A DNA stretch of 64,000 bases, from assembly GCA_963665665.1 (NCBI GenBank), contig OY762428.1, positions 3,648,001 to 3,712,000 on the forward strand, written 5' to 3'. This document shows, piece by piece, positions 30,007 through 40,577 of this stretch. Under the pieces are notes generated by a model, which had not been told where the DNA came from, searched no databases, and saw nothing but the letters and a program-made list of their open reading frames with translations. The position numbers and the translations under genes were made by a program. The stretch comes from Candidatus Kapaibacterium sp. (GTDB lineage: Bacteria > Bacteroidota > Ignavibacteria > Kapaibacteriales > UBA2268). Each line of letters starts with the position of its first letter. Position 1 is the first letter of the stretch.

Positions 30007-30636
30007 ATGATTAAAGTTATTATTGCAGATGATCATGCTGTTGTAAGAAAAGGGATAAATCAAATATTGGATGATGTCCAGGATATTAATATTACCGGCG
30101 AAGCTTCAAACGGCAATGAATTGATCAGTAAAATCATCAGGGAAGATTATGATGTGGTTATTCTTGACATTTCTATGCCCGGCAGGGACGGGCTGGATGT
30201 TCTGAAAGAAATTAAATCGATAAAGCCAAAATTGCCGGTACTGATTTTTACTATATATCCCGAAGATCAGTTTGCACTCAGGATATTGAAAGCCGGTGCA
30301 AGTGGTTATATTAATAAAGAAGAAGAACCTGAAATAATTATCGAAGCTATCAGAAGGCTGAATGAAGGACGCAGGTTTATTTCAGATGATGTTGCCGAAA
30401 TGTTAGCTTCAAAGCTTGGAAAACGTCAGGATAAACTTATACACGAAACACTTTCTGACCGCGAATTCCAGGTTATGAGCCTTATAGCTTCAGGCCTTAC
30501 GGTTTCGCAAATAGCACGAAAGCTGTCATTGAGTACCAATACTGTTAGTACATACAGGAACAGAATCCTTGAAAAAATGCGAATGAAAACCAATGCTGAA
30601 GTTACGCATTACGCTATTAAAAACAATCTTGTTTAA
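30007..30636 (+). CDS. NarL/LuxR-family response regulator, UvrY/GacA-like
   Basis: IADDHAVVRKG, ILDISMPG, LSDREFQV...LSLSTNTVSTYRNRILEKM. Confidence 0.92.
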   Translation: MIKVIIADDHAVVRKGINQILDDVQDINITGEASNGNELISKIIREDYDVVILDISMPGRDGLDVLKEIKSIKPKLPVLIFTIYPEDQFALRILKAGASGYINKEEEPEIIIEAIRRLNEGRRFISDDVAEMLASKLGKRQDKLIHETLSDREFQVMSLIASGLTVSQIARKLSLSTNTVSTYRNRILEKMRMKTNAEVTHYAIKNNLV

Positions 30637-30638
30637 TA

Positions 30639-30925
30639 TTGTAGTATAAAGGGTTACAATTAATTTCAAGATTATGCTACACGAATTTAGTAGTAATTGC
30701 TATTTCAATTTGGAATTATTTTGTTTTCTTATAGTGTAGTTTGTATTGGATACTTTTGGCAATTTTAAGACAGCTTTTGCCGGCAATCAGAGTTCTTCAT
30801 TGCTGCCAGGCAAATTCATTGTGAACCTGAAATACTCCGATTTTGAAAAGCGAACACCAAAAACGGCAGAAGTTGTCTGATAATTCCGAAGCTCAAAAAA
30901 TAATTAAGTTTTTTGGGCTTTTTTT
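30639..30925 (+). ncRNA. Candidate regulated small transcript, unit 1 (operator + AT-rich promoter region + structured body + terminator)
   Basis: TTGTAG-N9-TTACAA box, internal hairpin at about 30777-30814, terminator AAGCTCAAAAAA...TTTTTTGGGCTT-T5. Contains a 44-codon TTG ORF (30746-30880). Confidence 0.4.
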
Positions 30926-31008
30926 ATTAAAATTATTTTAAATTTTACCACCCGTATCCCATGAAATTGAATAATTAATGATGTCAATATACTGTCCAAT
31001 CCTTGATA

Positions 31009-31273
31009 TTGTAGTAAATACAACTACAAGACAGTAGTTAAAACAATGATGCAAAATTAGTATTAACTACTATTTTTTCTTTGATTTTTTTATTGTTTCT
31101 TTGTAATGTGTGTATGGGATTTAATTGGAATTTGGTTACTATATATTTTGATTGTATAATCAGGTATAATATAGTTATACTAATATTCAAAAATTTAACA
31201 GATAAGAAATTCAAAATATTTGTTGATTTTGAATCAAAAAGCTCAAAAGGATGATTCTTTTTGAGCTTTTTTT
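31009..31273 (+). ncRNA. Candidate regulated small transcript, unit 2 (similar architecture to unit 1)
   Basis: TTGTAG-N9-CTACAA box, TAGTA-N5-TACTA at the same offset as in unit 1, terminator AAGCTCAAAAG...TTTTTGAGCTT-T5. Confidence 0.4.
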
Positions 31274-31555
31274 ATTGATTACAAACTATGAATGTGGCGG
31301 TATAATATTAATTCTATGGTGGTATAAATATACAAAACGTTTGCACGTTTTTTTGTAACATTTTATTAAATTTATTGTTATTGTTTTAGAAACTTTGGAA
31401 ATTTAACAAAATATGATAATTTTAACATTGGCGAAATAGAGTAGAAATTCTATTATGAAAAAAAATATTATGTTTTTAGATTTTAAATGAAAATTATTCA
31501 ATATTAGTTTAATCATACAAAATTTCTTTTTTTAACTTAATCGGAGAACTAATTA

Positions 31556-34500
31556 ATGATTTCTACAAAATTCCTAAAGGTTCTAATAGCAATAGCTGTA
31601 ATAGCTTTTATTGCTGTTAGCGGCGCAAAAGCGCAGCTCTTAACGGAATACACGGTAAATGAGTACGACGGTGTTTATACTCCTATTTCAGGTACTTATG
31701 TTGGTACGGGTGATGACCGTTCTTTCCGTGTAAACCTGCCCTTTACATTTATCTATGACGAGCAGGAAATTACTTATGTTTACTGCGGTACAAACGGCTG
31801 GATGTCTCTTAACAGAAATTATGGCACATGGTATCCCTACTACGCAAACTACACACCAAATATCATTGCCTTTTACGCAGCCGACCTTTATACTGTTGGT
31901 GAAATTTCCTATGAAATCCAGGGTTCAGCTCCTAACAGGGTTGCTGTTTTCCAGTGGAGAGAACAGTACAACTATTCTCCCAGGCTTCATGCCTGTGATG
32001 TTCAGATCAAGCTATACGAAACTACAGGAAGGTTTGATATTGTTTGGGCAGCTCCTTCGTCAGCATTCGGCGACCGCACAGGTTCTATGTTTGCAACTGG
32101 TGGATCTACAAGCAGATATATAAATATCCAGCCTGGAAACCCATCTACTTTTTACTTTAGCAATGTAAACCCAAATACAACTCAGTGGATGAGAAACCCA
32201 TACACTGACAATATTCATGCTGGTAAAACATATTCATTCACAACATATCCTGCATTAATGGGTGCTTTCCCGGCCCAGGATGCAATCCTGCGCAGGGGAA
32301 CAATCGTAAATGACGAAAACAAACCCGGCGTTGTTATGGAAAACAACCAGATGGACGGCGTTTATATAAAATATTCAATCGAAGGCCCTTTGCCGGCAAG
32401 CAATCCTCAGTTCAGAACAGTTTACACTGCAACTGTTGAGGGTGACGAAACTGACGATATGGTTCCAGTCTATAATAATGGAAGAACTAATTTTACACAT
32501 GCCACAGGATTTATTGCCAGGACTGATCCTGACAATAATGGTGATATTGATCTTGAAACAAATGAACTTAATATTCCCGGTGGAACTTATAAAGTAAAAG
32601 CTGAAATGCAGATACCTTCAGTCGGTTTCACACAGGAACTTGCAGACCAGACATTTATTATCGCTCTTGAAAATGACCTTGCAATTAACAGGATAATTTC
32701 TCCAAAACCTAAAGACGAAAAGAAATATCCTCTTTCAACAGGACGCATACGCGTACAGTGCAGGGTTCAGAACTATGGTATCAATGATGTAACAGAATTT
32801 GACGCTGTAGCAAGAATTTATAAAGATGACGAACAGGTTTACGAAGAAGATTTCGAATGGTCTTCAACTGACCCGATGAGCACAGGTGAATACGTTGATA
32901 TCAGCTTCCCTGACTACCGTCCGTTCGAAACAGGTGATTTCGATATAGTTTTTGAAGTAACAATGGTAGGCGTATTAGACAGAGAGCTTTCTAATAACCG
33001 CTGGCCAAAGACAGGCGACCATTACTGGTTCGAAGTTGCTCACGAGATAGAAGCAGAAGCATTGGATATAATCGATCCGACAGGTGAAGTATTTGTTGGC
33101 CGCCCTGTTAAACCTCTGGCAAGCTTCCAGAACAACGGCGTTTCTGATATATCTGACATCGATGCTGAAATGGTTATTACCAATTCAGACGGTGATGTTG
33201 TTTACAGAAGCCCGATCATCATTCAGGATATTCCCCAGGGAAGGTCAAATAAAGTGATCGTTGACTTTGATGACTTTGTTCCCCCGGCAGCAGGCGAATA
33301 TACAGCATGTATCACAATTACATCTAATGATGACCCTGTTACAGATAATAACTCGATTTGTGAAGATTTCTCAGTTGTTGAAGCCCTTAGCGGAACATAT
33401 ACGATTGGAACTTTATACGAAGGAAATATCAAAAACTTCCTTACTTTTGAAGCAGCTCTTGATCAGCTCTACCGTCGTGGTATGACTGGCCCTGTTACAT
33501 TTGAACTTACAGATGCCGTATATAATATTGGCTCGCTGGATAGAATGAATCAGCCGGCAATCGACATGAGCTCTACAATTGTAGGCCTTAGCGAAGACCA
33601 GCCGATCGTATTCAAGCCTTCAAGGCAGCGTGCCGTTTACCGTGCAGGTGTTAAGATCAACATGGTATCCGATAACGGTATTGGTATCTACATGGGTCAG
33701 AATATGGCTCCGAGCAACTCAAATGCTCCTGTTCATATCGTAAGAAACAGCAGTAAGAAAAACTATTCCAACTTCCCCGGATTTGTAACATTTGACGGCG
33801 GTGCAAACAAAGCATTCCAGTTCTCAATCGACAGTGATGAAGATTTCAGGACTGTTTTCTATCTTGCACAGGGCGCTTCAAACGTTACTATCAAGAACTG
33901 TATTATCAGGGGTGATTATAACACTACACCTTCATTTGATGCAGACCTTCCGAAGATGGTATTCAACTCTGCACAGAGCCAGTTCCTTTATGAAGATGAT
34001 ATTCGCACCAGCGGAACATATAGTGCAGGTATTCTTCTCAGAAGCCTGCCTCCGACAGATGACAAACAGACATCAAACCTGAACGCCCTTGATTCATTGT
34101 TCAACCAGAACAACGTAATCGAGAACAACGAGATCACAGGCTTTGGTTATGGTATAGCATCAATGGGTATGGGCGTACTGTTCAAACAGGAAGCCAACAA
34201 CTTCGTAAAATACTACAACATGAATAACGAGTATAAAGACAATGTTATCCATAATGTAAGCCGCGCAGCTATATTCCTTGGTTCCGAGCAGAACTCAACG
34301 ATCAAAAACAACAGGATATATGAAATCAACGGCGTAAGCGGCATGGACGCAGCCGGTATTATCCTTGGCGGCGACGCAGAACGCGACTGGTTCGGTTACA
34401 ACGTAATCGACATCACAGTTGACGGCAACGAAATAAGCGAAATCGACGGCGACTACGAGATCCGCGGAATCAAAGTATCCCAGGATCCTATCGTTATGCA

Positions 34501-37096
34501 GGCACCGGGCGGCGGACTTTCCTTCTATCCTGACAGGGCAGAAACAGTTGTAATCAAAAACAACGTAATCCGCAACTTAAATCCTGAAAATGCAGACGTG
34601 AAACGCTGCGGTATCCAGCTTTCAACACAGCGTGCAGGCATTGCAGACGAATACATGAATATACTTACACCTGCAAGGAAAGATTATCTTTCACGCAATG
34701 ACATAATAGCAAACAATACTATCATCATCACAGATGACGCTGTTGAAAACGTAGGCGCAACAGCAGGTATCATGCTTCAGCAGGTAGACGGCGCAGTTCT
34801 CAAGAACAATGCAATCGCCTTTGAAGACGAAGAATTTGCAGACAATGCATACACAACAACAGCAATCCTGCTCCAGAGCGAATGGCCTGAATGGGGTGCA
34901 GTAACATCCGACAGGAATGCCTTCGACATGGGCAATGCCAATGCAGACCTCATCCGCTTCATCCACATGGACGAAGACCAGAACGTAATAGAATACGGGC
35001 AGACAGGTGAATTTGCAAACATAGCACAGTGGCAGGTATGGACAAAACAGGATGAGAACTCCGTAGTAGGCGAGTTCCTTGGCGACCTTGACTATACAGG
35101 CAACTATCCCTACCAGCTTCGCGTTGTATCGGATCCTTATCCTCTTGGATGTATCCTTAACAACCGCGGCGGCGAAGTAACAGAAGTAGAATATGACATC
35201 GACGGCAACCTTCGCGGAGCAGCAGGCCAGCGTTACGACATCGGCGCCTTTGAATTCTCAGGCCGCATGTATGTAAGCGACGTAGAAATGCTTAACGTAC
35301 CAACACCGGGCGCATACAGGGCCGGCATGGGTACATTCAGCGATGCAGAATACATAATGACAGAAGCCCCGACAAACATCGTGGCAAGCCTGAGGAATAA
35401 CGGAACACTTCAGCAGTCAAACATCAATGTATATGCAAAGATCTACCGCGAACAGCCTGACGGATCATTCTCTGATACAGTAGAAATAGAAACAACAGTA
35501 AAAACAAGCATTCCAACAACAGAATCCGTTGACGTGGACTTCCTTCTTGATGACGAAGACGGCGTTGACTTCTATCCTCAGACTTACGGCGAGCTTGGCT
35601 TCTACAACGTACCGGATCAGTTTGCAGGTATGGAATCAAACGTAACACCACGCTACAGGATAGTAATCTCGGTAGAATCAGACCAGTATAACTCTAATAA
35701 TGTTATCGACAAAGTTGTACGTTTCTATGTTAAACGTTCATCACTCGGCCTTCTGGCATCAGCCAGGGATATTGCCACAGAAATCTACTGGGGCGAACCG
35801 ACAACAGACGAGATAGCCGGTAAGCTGAACCTTGACAGCCTTCGTGAAGGCCTCCGCAAAGTCGGCTGGGTATCAGACCTTGGCGAAGGACAGTATGATA
35901 TAGACCTGTTCAACAGGCTCGGCTGGGAACCCAGGTCAGTAAACTACACAATGTACAAAACACTTCTCTGGTCAGACGGTGATGAAAACACAATGAGCAG
36001 ATACGAGAAGATGGACATTGAAAGCTTCCTTGAAGGCGGCATGCAGAATGATAAGAAAAACCTTGTAATCGGTTCACAGGAACTTGTACGCCAGCTTGGA
36101 GGCAACGCATCCTCACTTGATTATGATCCTGACTTCCTTGATGAAGTATTCAGGGCCGAATACGTAACACCTGGCAACCCGATGGGCGCCGGCGTTAGCA
36201 ACAGCGGCAATACTGCAATCGGTATCTCGGTAGGAACAAACCTTGAAAATGCAATCGTGGCTACAAGCTATGAATTTGCAGAAGATGAAGATCCTTACTG
36301 CTCACTGATGAAAGTAACACAAAACGGTGAAGGCCTTGCAAGGCCGGCATATTACTATACAACACATACAGCCACACCTTCGGACAGCACACTTGGCGTG
36401 GCAGTAACATCACTAAGCAAGAACATAGTAACACTTGGCGTTGACTGGCGTCACTGGGCAGACATGGAAGACGTTCTTCGCCAGGTACTTGACTTCCTGG
36501 ATCAGAACGGCGGCTCGGTAGTACCGGTAGAACTTACAAGCTTCGATGCTATAGCAGCAGGCCAGAGGGTTGACCTTAGCTGGGAAACAGCAAGTGAATA
36601 CAAATCCTCACACTTCGAGATAGAAAAAGCAGAAGTAAGCCAGGCAGGCATGGGTTCATTCATGCAGATCGGACGTATGAAAGCAGCCGGAACAAGCAGC
36701 TATGCCACACAGTACGGCCCTGTAGTTGACTATGATGTAAACTATGGCAATACTTACGCATACCGCCTGAAAATGGTTGACATTGACGGAAGCTACGACT
36801 ACAGCGATGAAGAAGTAGTAACAATCGGTGGAAATGAAATGATCTCTCTCGGCCAGGCATATCCGAACCCGAGTAAAGAATCAGCTAAGTTCGAACTTAC
36901 AACCGGCAACGATGTAAATGTAAGCATCGATCTTTATGACATGAGCGGCAAGCTTGTACGCAACGTACTCAGCGAAACAACAAGCGGCACAGTAACAGTT
37001 GAAGTGGATACCCGCGACCTTACAAGCGGCAGCTACACACTTGTTCTTCGCAGCGGCTCAACAATCATCAACAGGACAGTACGCGTTGTTAAGTAA
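31556..37096 (+). CDS. Large T9SS cargo surface protein (CARDB/Ig-like domains, right-handed beta-helix, PVEL-Ig, CTD)
   Basis: Signal ending AKA|Q. NDLAI...VQNYG...NN CARDB-like repeats, LSGTYTIG, IxNNxI beta-helix rungs, YDIDGNLR...YDIGAFEF, VPVELTSF, AYPNP...SGSYTLVL...VRVVK. Confidence 0.85.
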   Translation: MISTKFLKVLIAIAVIAFIAVSGAKAQLLTEYTVNEYDGVYTPISGTYVGTGDDRSFRVNLPFTFIYDEQEITYVYCGTNGWMSLNRNYGTWYPYYANYTPNIIAFYAADLYTVGEISYEIQGSAPNRVAVFQWREQYNYSPRLHACDVQIKLYETTGRFDIVWAAPSSAFGDRTGSMFATGGSTSRYINIQPGNPSTFYFSNVNPNTTQWMRNPYTDNIHAGKTYSFTTYPALMGAFPAQDAILRRGTIVNDENKPGVVMENNQMDGVYIKYSIEGPLPASNPQFRTVYTATVEGDETDDMVPVYNNGRTNFTHATGFIARTDPDNNGDIDLETNELNIPGGTYKVKAEMQIPSVGFTQELADQTFIIALENDLAINRIISPKPKDEKKYPLSTGRIRVQCRVQNYGINDVTEFDAVARIYKDDEQVYEEDFEWSSTDPMSTGEYVDISFPDYRPFETGDFDIVFEVTMVGVLDRELSNNRWPKTGDHYWFEVAHEIEAEALDIIDPTGEVFVGRPVKPLASFQNNGVSDISDIDAEMVITNSDGDVVYRSPIIIQDIPQGRSNKVIVDFDDFVPPAAGEYTACITITSNDDPVTDNNSICEDFSVVEALSGTYTIGTLYEGNIKNFLTFEAALDQLYRRGMTGPVTFELTDAVYNIGSLDRMNQPAIDMSSTIVGLSEDQPIVFKPSRQRAVYRAGVKINMVSDNGIGIYMGQNMAPSNSNAPVHIVRNSSKKNYSNFPGFVTFDGGANKAFQFSIDSDEDFRTVFYLAQGASNVTIKNCIIRGDYNTTPSFDADLPKMVFNSAQSQFLYEDDIRTSGTYSAGILLRSLPPTDDKQTSNLNALDSLFNQNNVIENNEITGFGYGIASMGMGVLFKQEANNFVKYYNMNNEYKDNVIHNVSRAAIFLGSEQNSTIKNNRIYEINGVSGMDAAGIILGGDAERDWFGYNVIDITVDGNEISEIDGDYEIRGIKVSQDPIVMQAPGGGLSFYPDRAETVVIKNNVIRNLNPENADVKRCGIQLSTQRAGIADEYMNILTPARKDYLSRNDIIANNTIIITDDAVENVGATAGIMLQQVDGAVLKNNAIAFEDEEFADNAYTTTAILLQSEWPEWGAVTSDRNAFDMGNANADLIRFIHMDEDQNVIEYGQTGEFANIAQWQVWTKQDENSVVGEFLGDLDYTGNYPYQLRVVSDPYPLGCILNNRGGEVTEVEYDIDGNLRGAAGQRYDIGAFEFSGRMYVSDVEMLNVPTPGAYRAGMGTFSDAEYIMTEAPTNIVASLRNNGTLQQSNINVYAKIYREQPDGSFSDTVEIETTVKTSIPTTESVDVDFLLDDEDGVDFYPQTYGELGFYNVPDQFAGMESNVTPRYRIVISVESDQYNSNNVIDKVVRFYVKRSSLGLLASARDIATEIYWGEPTTDEIAGKLNLDSLREGLRKVGWVSDLGEGQYDIDLFNRLGWEPRSVNYTMYKTLLWSDGDENTMSRYEKMDIESFLEGGMQNDKKNLVIGSQELVRQLGGNASSLDYDPDFLDEVFRAEYVTPGNPMGAGVSNSGNTAIGISVGTNLENAIVATSYEFAEDEDPYCSLMKVTQNGEGLARPAYYYTTHTATPSDSTLGVAVTSLSKNIVTLGVDWRHWADMEDVLRQVLDFLDQNGGSVVPVELTSFDAIAAGQRVDLSWETASEYKSSHFEIEKAEVSQAGMGSFMQIGRMKAAGTSSYATQYGPVVDYDVNYGNTYAYRLKMVDIDGSYDYSDEEVVTIGGNEMISLGQAYPNPSKESAKFELTTGNDVNVSIDLYDMSGKLVRNVLSETTSGTVTVEVDTRDLTSGSYTLVLRSGSTIINRTVRVVK

Positions 37097-37134
37097 TCAA
37101 CCTTAACAGCTGAATATAATTCTTATAATTAAGA

Positions 37135-37167
37135 AAAGAACCCCGGGGCAAAGCCCCGGGGTTTTTT
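37135..37167. terminator. Bidirectional intrinsic terminator
   Basis: AACCCCGGGGC-aaa-GCCCCGGGGTT followed by a T-run. Confidence 0.8.
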
Positions 37168-37215
37168 GTTTTGTAATCGAGTTTTCTAAAACTACTGAAT
37201 ATCAGGAACTGGTTT

Positions 37216-39249
37216 TCATTTTCCCGATTCAAAGTAGTTGTAAATTAATTCCTGAGAAGAACTGACAGCAGCATCTCTTTCTTTAAATAAATTCTTAAGG
37301 TCAGGTTCGATTATACGTGCTTTTTTCCGGTCACTGAGTTGAATATTAATTATATCCATTAATTCCTGCTGAATATTATCATCATAAATTGGGAATACTA
37401 CTTCGATACGCCTGCTAAGGTTTCTTTTCATCCAGTCGGCTGAACCCGCGTAAATTTTAGTATTGCCATTGTTGTGGAAAACAAACACTCTTGAATGCTC
37501 CAGGAAACGATCAACAATACTTATAACCTCAATATTTTCACTTAGTCCGGCTACTCCGGGTTTCAGGCAGCATATTCCCCGGCAGATAATTTTTATACTT
37601 ACTCCGGCATTAGAAGCTTCATAAAGTTGTTTTATCATCTTTCTGTCTTCCAGCCCGTTTACTTTTATAATTATTCCGGACTTCTTCCCCTGACGGGCAT
37701 TTTCAATTTCTTTTCGTATTCTCGCGATAAATACTTTCCTCATATTGAACTGTGCTACCAATAGATGCGTAAATTTATAATTCAACCTTTTGCCTTCGAG
37801 TATTTCGAATACTCTGTCAAGTTCGGAGCAAATGCCCTCATGAGAAGTAAAATATCCTATATCAGTATATATTTTAGCATTTTTTTCATTGAAATTTCCG
37901 GTTGACAGAAAGGCATATCTTTTTATAGCTGTTCCGTCTTTTCTATGAATAAGGGCTATCTTTGCGTGTACTTTCAGCCCGGGAAAACTATAGTGAACTT
38001 TTATACCGGCTTTTTCCATTTCTTCAGCCCAGTATATGTTGGACTCTTCATCAAAGCGGGCTTTTATTTCAACAAAAACGGTAACATCTTTTCCGGCATG
38101 CACTGCTCTGATCAATGCCTTCACTACTTCAGAATCACGGGCTACACGATATTGTGTGATTTTAATTGACTCAACCTGCTTGTCGGTGGCAGCAGCATTA
38201 AGGAAATCCAAAACATGATCGTAAGTATGATACGGGAAATTGATGATATTGTCTTTTGCATTAATAGCATCAAAAACAGCTATTCCTTCGGGCAGCTCTT
38301 TGTACCGCATGGGTGGCATTTCTTTGTAGGAAAGGCTTGCATCATTAGTTCTTGGAAATCCGAAATAATCACTAAAATTGTGATATCTCCCGCCTGGTAC
38401 TAAGTCCTCTTCGAATAATGAAAGGCTTTCCTGAAGATAATCCAGCATTTCGAAACTTATATTTTTATCATATAAAAAACGACATGGAGGGCCGTTTGGC
38501 CTCTTATTCAAGCCTTTTTTGATTTTTTGAAGTAAATTGCCGCTGAATTCATCATCAATATTCAGGTGCGCACCTCTTGTTAATTTAACTGATGCAATCT
38601 CTGCAACTTGATATTCCGGAAAAAGTTCAGAAATAAAATGCCGGATAATATCATCAATATAAATCACATAGGTTTTTGATCCGGTATCAGGAAGTCGGAT
38701 AAATCTTTTATACTCATCTGAAGGTATGTTTACAATGAAATAATCAAGCATTCCGCTGTTATTAACAGCTTTTACTGAAAAATATATCTGCCCGTTTTTC
38801 AGAAAAGGTATTGACATTGATTTTTTAATTTTCACAATATTGATCAATGGTTTAATCTCTTCCCGGAATATTTTTGAAATCACACCTGACTGTTCATCGT
38901 TTAGTTCTGTGTCATTTACCAGGTAAATATTATTGTTTCTTAGGCTGGGAACTATTGATTTCCTGAAAATATTGCCAAACTCCTCCTGATGCTTATTCAC
39001 GGTAAAATTGATCTGCTTAATAAGTTTTGAAGGATTGAACTTTAATTTCTCAACTGATTTTTTATTCAGTTCCAGCAATGACATAAGTGATGCAACTCTT
39101 ACTCTGTAAAATTCATCAAGGTTTGATGAGAAGATTGCCAAAAATTTAATTCTCTCGAATAATGGTACTTCAGTATCAGCTGCTTCCTGAAGCACCCTGT
39201 GGTTAAATGCAAGCCAACTGATCTCGCGGTTAATGTATATGTCTTTCAT
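37216..39249 (-). CDS. ppk1: Polyphosphate kinase 1
   Basis: YINREISWLAFNHRVLQEA, ERIKFLAIFSSNLDEFY, EIKARFDEE, GLKVHAK, SIVDRFLEHSR, SADWMKRNL. Confidence 0.97.
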   Translation of the reverse strand: MKDIYINREISWLAFNHRVLQEAADTEVPLFERIKFLAIFSSNLDEFYRVRVASLMSLLELNKKSVEKLKFNPSKLIKQINFTVNKHQEEFGNIFRKSIVPSLRNNNIYLVNDTELNDEQSGVISKIFREEIKPLINIVKIKKSMSIPFLKNGQIYFSVKAVNNSGMLDYFIVNIPSDEYKRFIRLPDTGSKTYVIYIDDIIRHFISELFPEYQVAEIASVKLTRGAHLNIDDEFSGNLLQKIKKGLNKRPNGPPCRFLYDKNISFEMLDYLQESLSLFEEDLVPGGRYHNFSDYFGFPRTNDASLSYKEMPPMRYKELPEGIAVFDAINAKDNIINFPYHTYDHVLDFLNAAATDKQVESIKITQYRVARDSEVVKALIRAVHAGKDVTVFVEIKARFDEESNIYWAEEMEKAGIKVHYSFPGLKVHAKIALIHRKDGTAIKRYAFLSTGNFNEKNAKIYTDIGYFTSHEGICSELDRVFEILEGKRLNYKFTHLLVAQFNMRKVFIARIRKEIENARQGKKSGIIIKVNGLEDRKMIKQLYEASNAGVSIKIICRGICCLKPGVAGLSENIEVISIVDRFLEHSRVFVFHNNGNTKIYAGSADWMKRNLSRRIEVVFPIYDDNIQQELMDIINIQLSDRKKARIIEPDLKNLFKERDAAVSSSQELIYNYFESGK

Positions 39250-39334
39250 AGCAAATCAGGATTATTGATAATTATATCATGAAAAATACAAATAATTTGT
39301 TAATTCATTATGAAGATGAAAAAGTATAAATAAC

Positions 39335-39365
39335 AAAATGCACGAAATAGTGACTATTTCGTGCA
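39335..39365. terminator. Inverted repeat, terminator-like
   Basis: TGCACGAAATAG-tga-CTATTTCGTGCA. Confidence 0.55.
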
Positions 39366-39392
39366 AAATCAAATCAAGCTGCGATTATCTGT

Positions 39393-40577
39393 TTATAATT
39401 CATTTTCAATTGCTTTTTCCAGTATATCCTCAAAGCCAGTGTTGTAGCCAAGCAGAGAGAATTTTATTTTCCCGTCCCTGCCAATAAGATAAAGCGTCGG
39501 GAAAGCCTGGACTTTATACGCGCCCAATAAATCATCTCCCGGAAAAACATTTGGATAGGTCATTCCCATTTCATCTATAAAATCTCCAAGCATCTTTTCT
39601 CTTCTGCTTTCATTATCGGTATTCATTCCGATAACCCGGAATCCTCTTGATTGATATTTCCTGTAGAATTTCTCGATATGAGGAATAAAAAGCTTGCAGG
39701 GATGGCATGTTGAAAACCAGAAGTCAAGCAGTACTACATTTCCCCTGTATTTGCTTAGTTTTATTCTTGTCTTGTCCATACTGAAAAGCTCAAAATCAGG
39801 GGCAACGCTGCCGTCCTGCAATAACTGTTCAGCGAAATCTGTTTCGGGGGGAACAAAATCCTCGAAAACATAATCCGGAGGAATAACATTTCTGGAAAAA
39901 TGCCCGTCAGTGATATTTTGATTAGTTTTAATTGAACTTATATACACATCATTGAACTGAATGTTTTTACCATTGCTTACCGAGAAAATTATTCTTTCCG
40001 GCAAAAGAGTACTGCGATTAATATAATATCGCTTATTAATATTTGTCCAGGGGCCGTCATCAGGATATTTGAACTGAACAATACGATATCTTTTGTTTGT
40101 ATCAGGCAGGAATTTTATTTCCGGATTATCCTTTTTAAATCTCGAGAAAGGAGCATTTACGGTGTATTCCGGAAATATCAGGTCTTTAACAATATTCTGC
40201 CTGATAAACCCCGGCCCGTTTTTGTGGGGGTTATCAACTATCACTTTTTTATTAACAAAATCCACAGAAAAAATATTCTTTCCGTCATAAATTTTCTCAT
40301 AAAAATCATTTCGGCGCACCCTTACTTTATACCCGAAAATCGTATCGGAGGGCATTTTGTCGATAAGGCAAAAACCCTTAACAGTAAGTGTATCCATTTC
40401 GTCGATCATTTTTATTCTGTAATCAACGTTATAAGAAATATTTTGAATATTAAGCAATTCTGCTTCTGATTTCATAAGAAAATCCCATGGATTCTCGTCA
40501 ATTTTTTCAATAGTATCCTTATTATCTCCGCAGGAAGCAAAAAAAGGCAGGAGCAGTAATAGCAGTAGTTTTTTCAT
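39393..40577 (-). CDS. Lipoprotein with a C-terminal TlpA/ResA-like thioredoxin domain (N-terminal region possibly LolA-like)
   Basis: Lipobox FASC. APDFEL...VVLLDFWFSTCHPCK...AFPTLYLIGRDGKI. Confidence 0.85.
   Translation of the reverse strand: MKKLLLLLLLPFFASCGDNKDTIEKIDENPWDFLMKSEAELLNIQNISYNVDYRIKMIDEMDTLTVKGFCLIDKMPSDTIFGYKVRVRRNDFYEKIYDGKNIFSVDFVNKKVIVDNPHKNGPGFIRQNIVKDLIFPEYTVNAPFSRFKKDNPEIKFLPDTNKRYRIVQFKYPDDGPWTNINKRYYINRSTLLPERIIFSVSNGKNIQFNDVYISSIKTNQNITDGHFSRNVIPPDYVFEDFVPPETDFAEQLLQDGSVAPDFELFSMDKTRIKLSKYRGNVVLLDFWFSTCHPCKLFIPHIEKFYRKYQSRGFRVIGMNTDNESRREKMLGDFIDEMGMTYPNVFPGDDLLGAYKVQAFPTLYLIGRDGKIKFSLLGYNTGFEDILEKAIENEL

Noticed and set aside
1-37096. Diversity-generating retroelement or invertible shufflon acting on the surface proteins
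   Set aside because: No reverse transcriptase or recombinase, and no near-identical TR/VR DNA pair noticed. The repeats are visible only at protein level.
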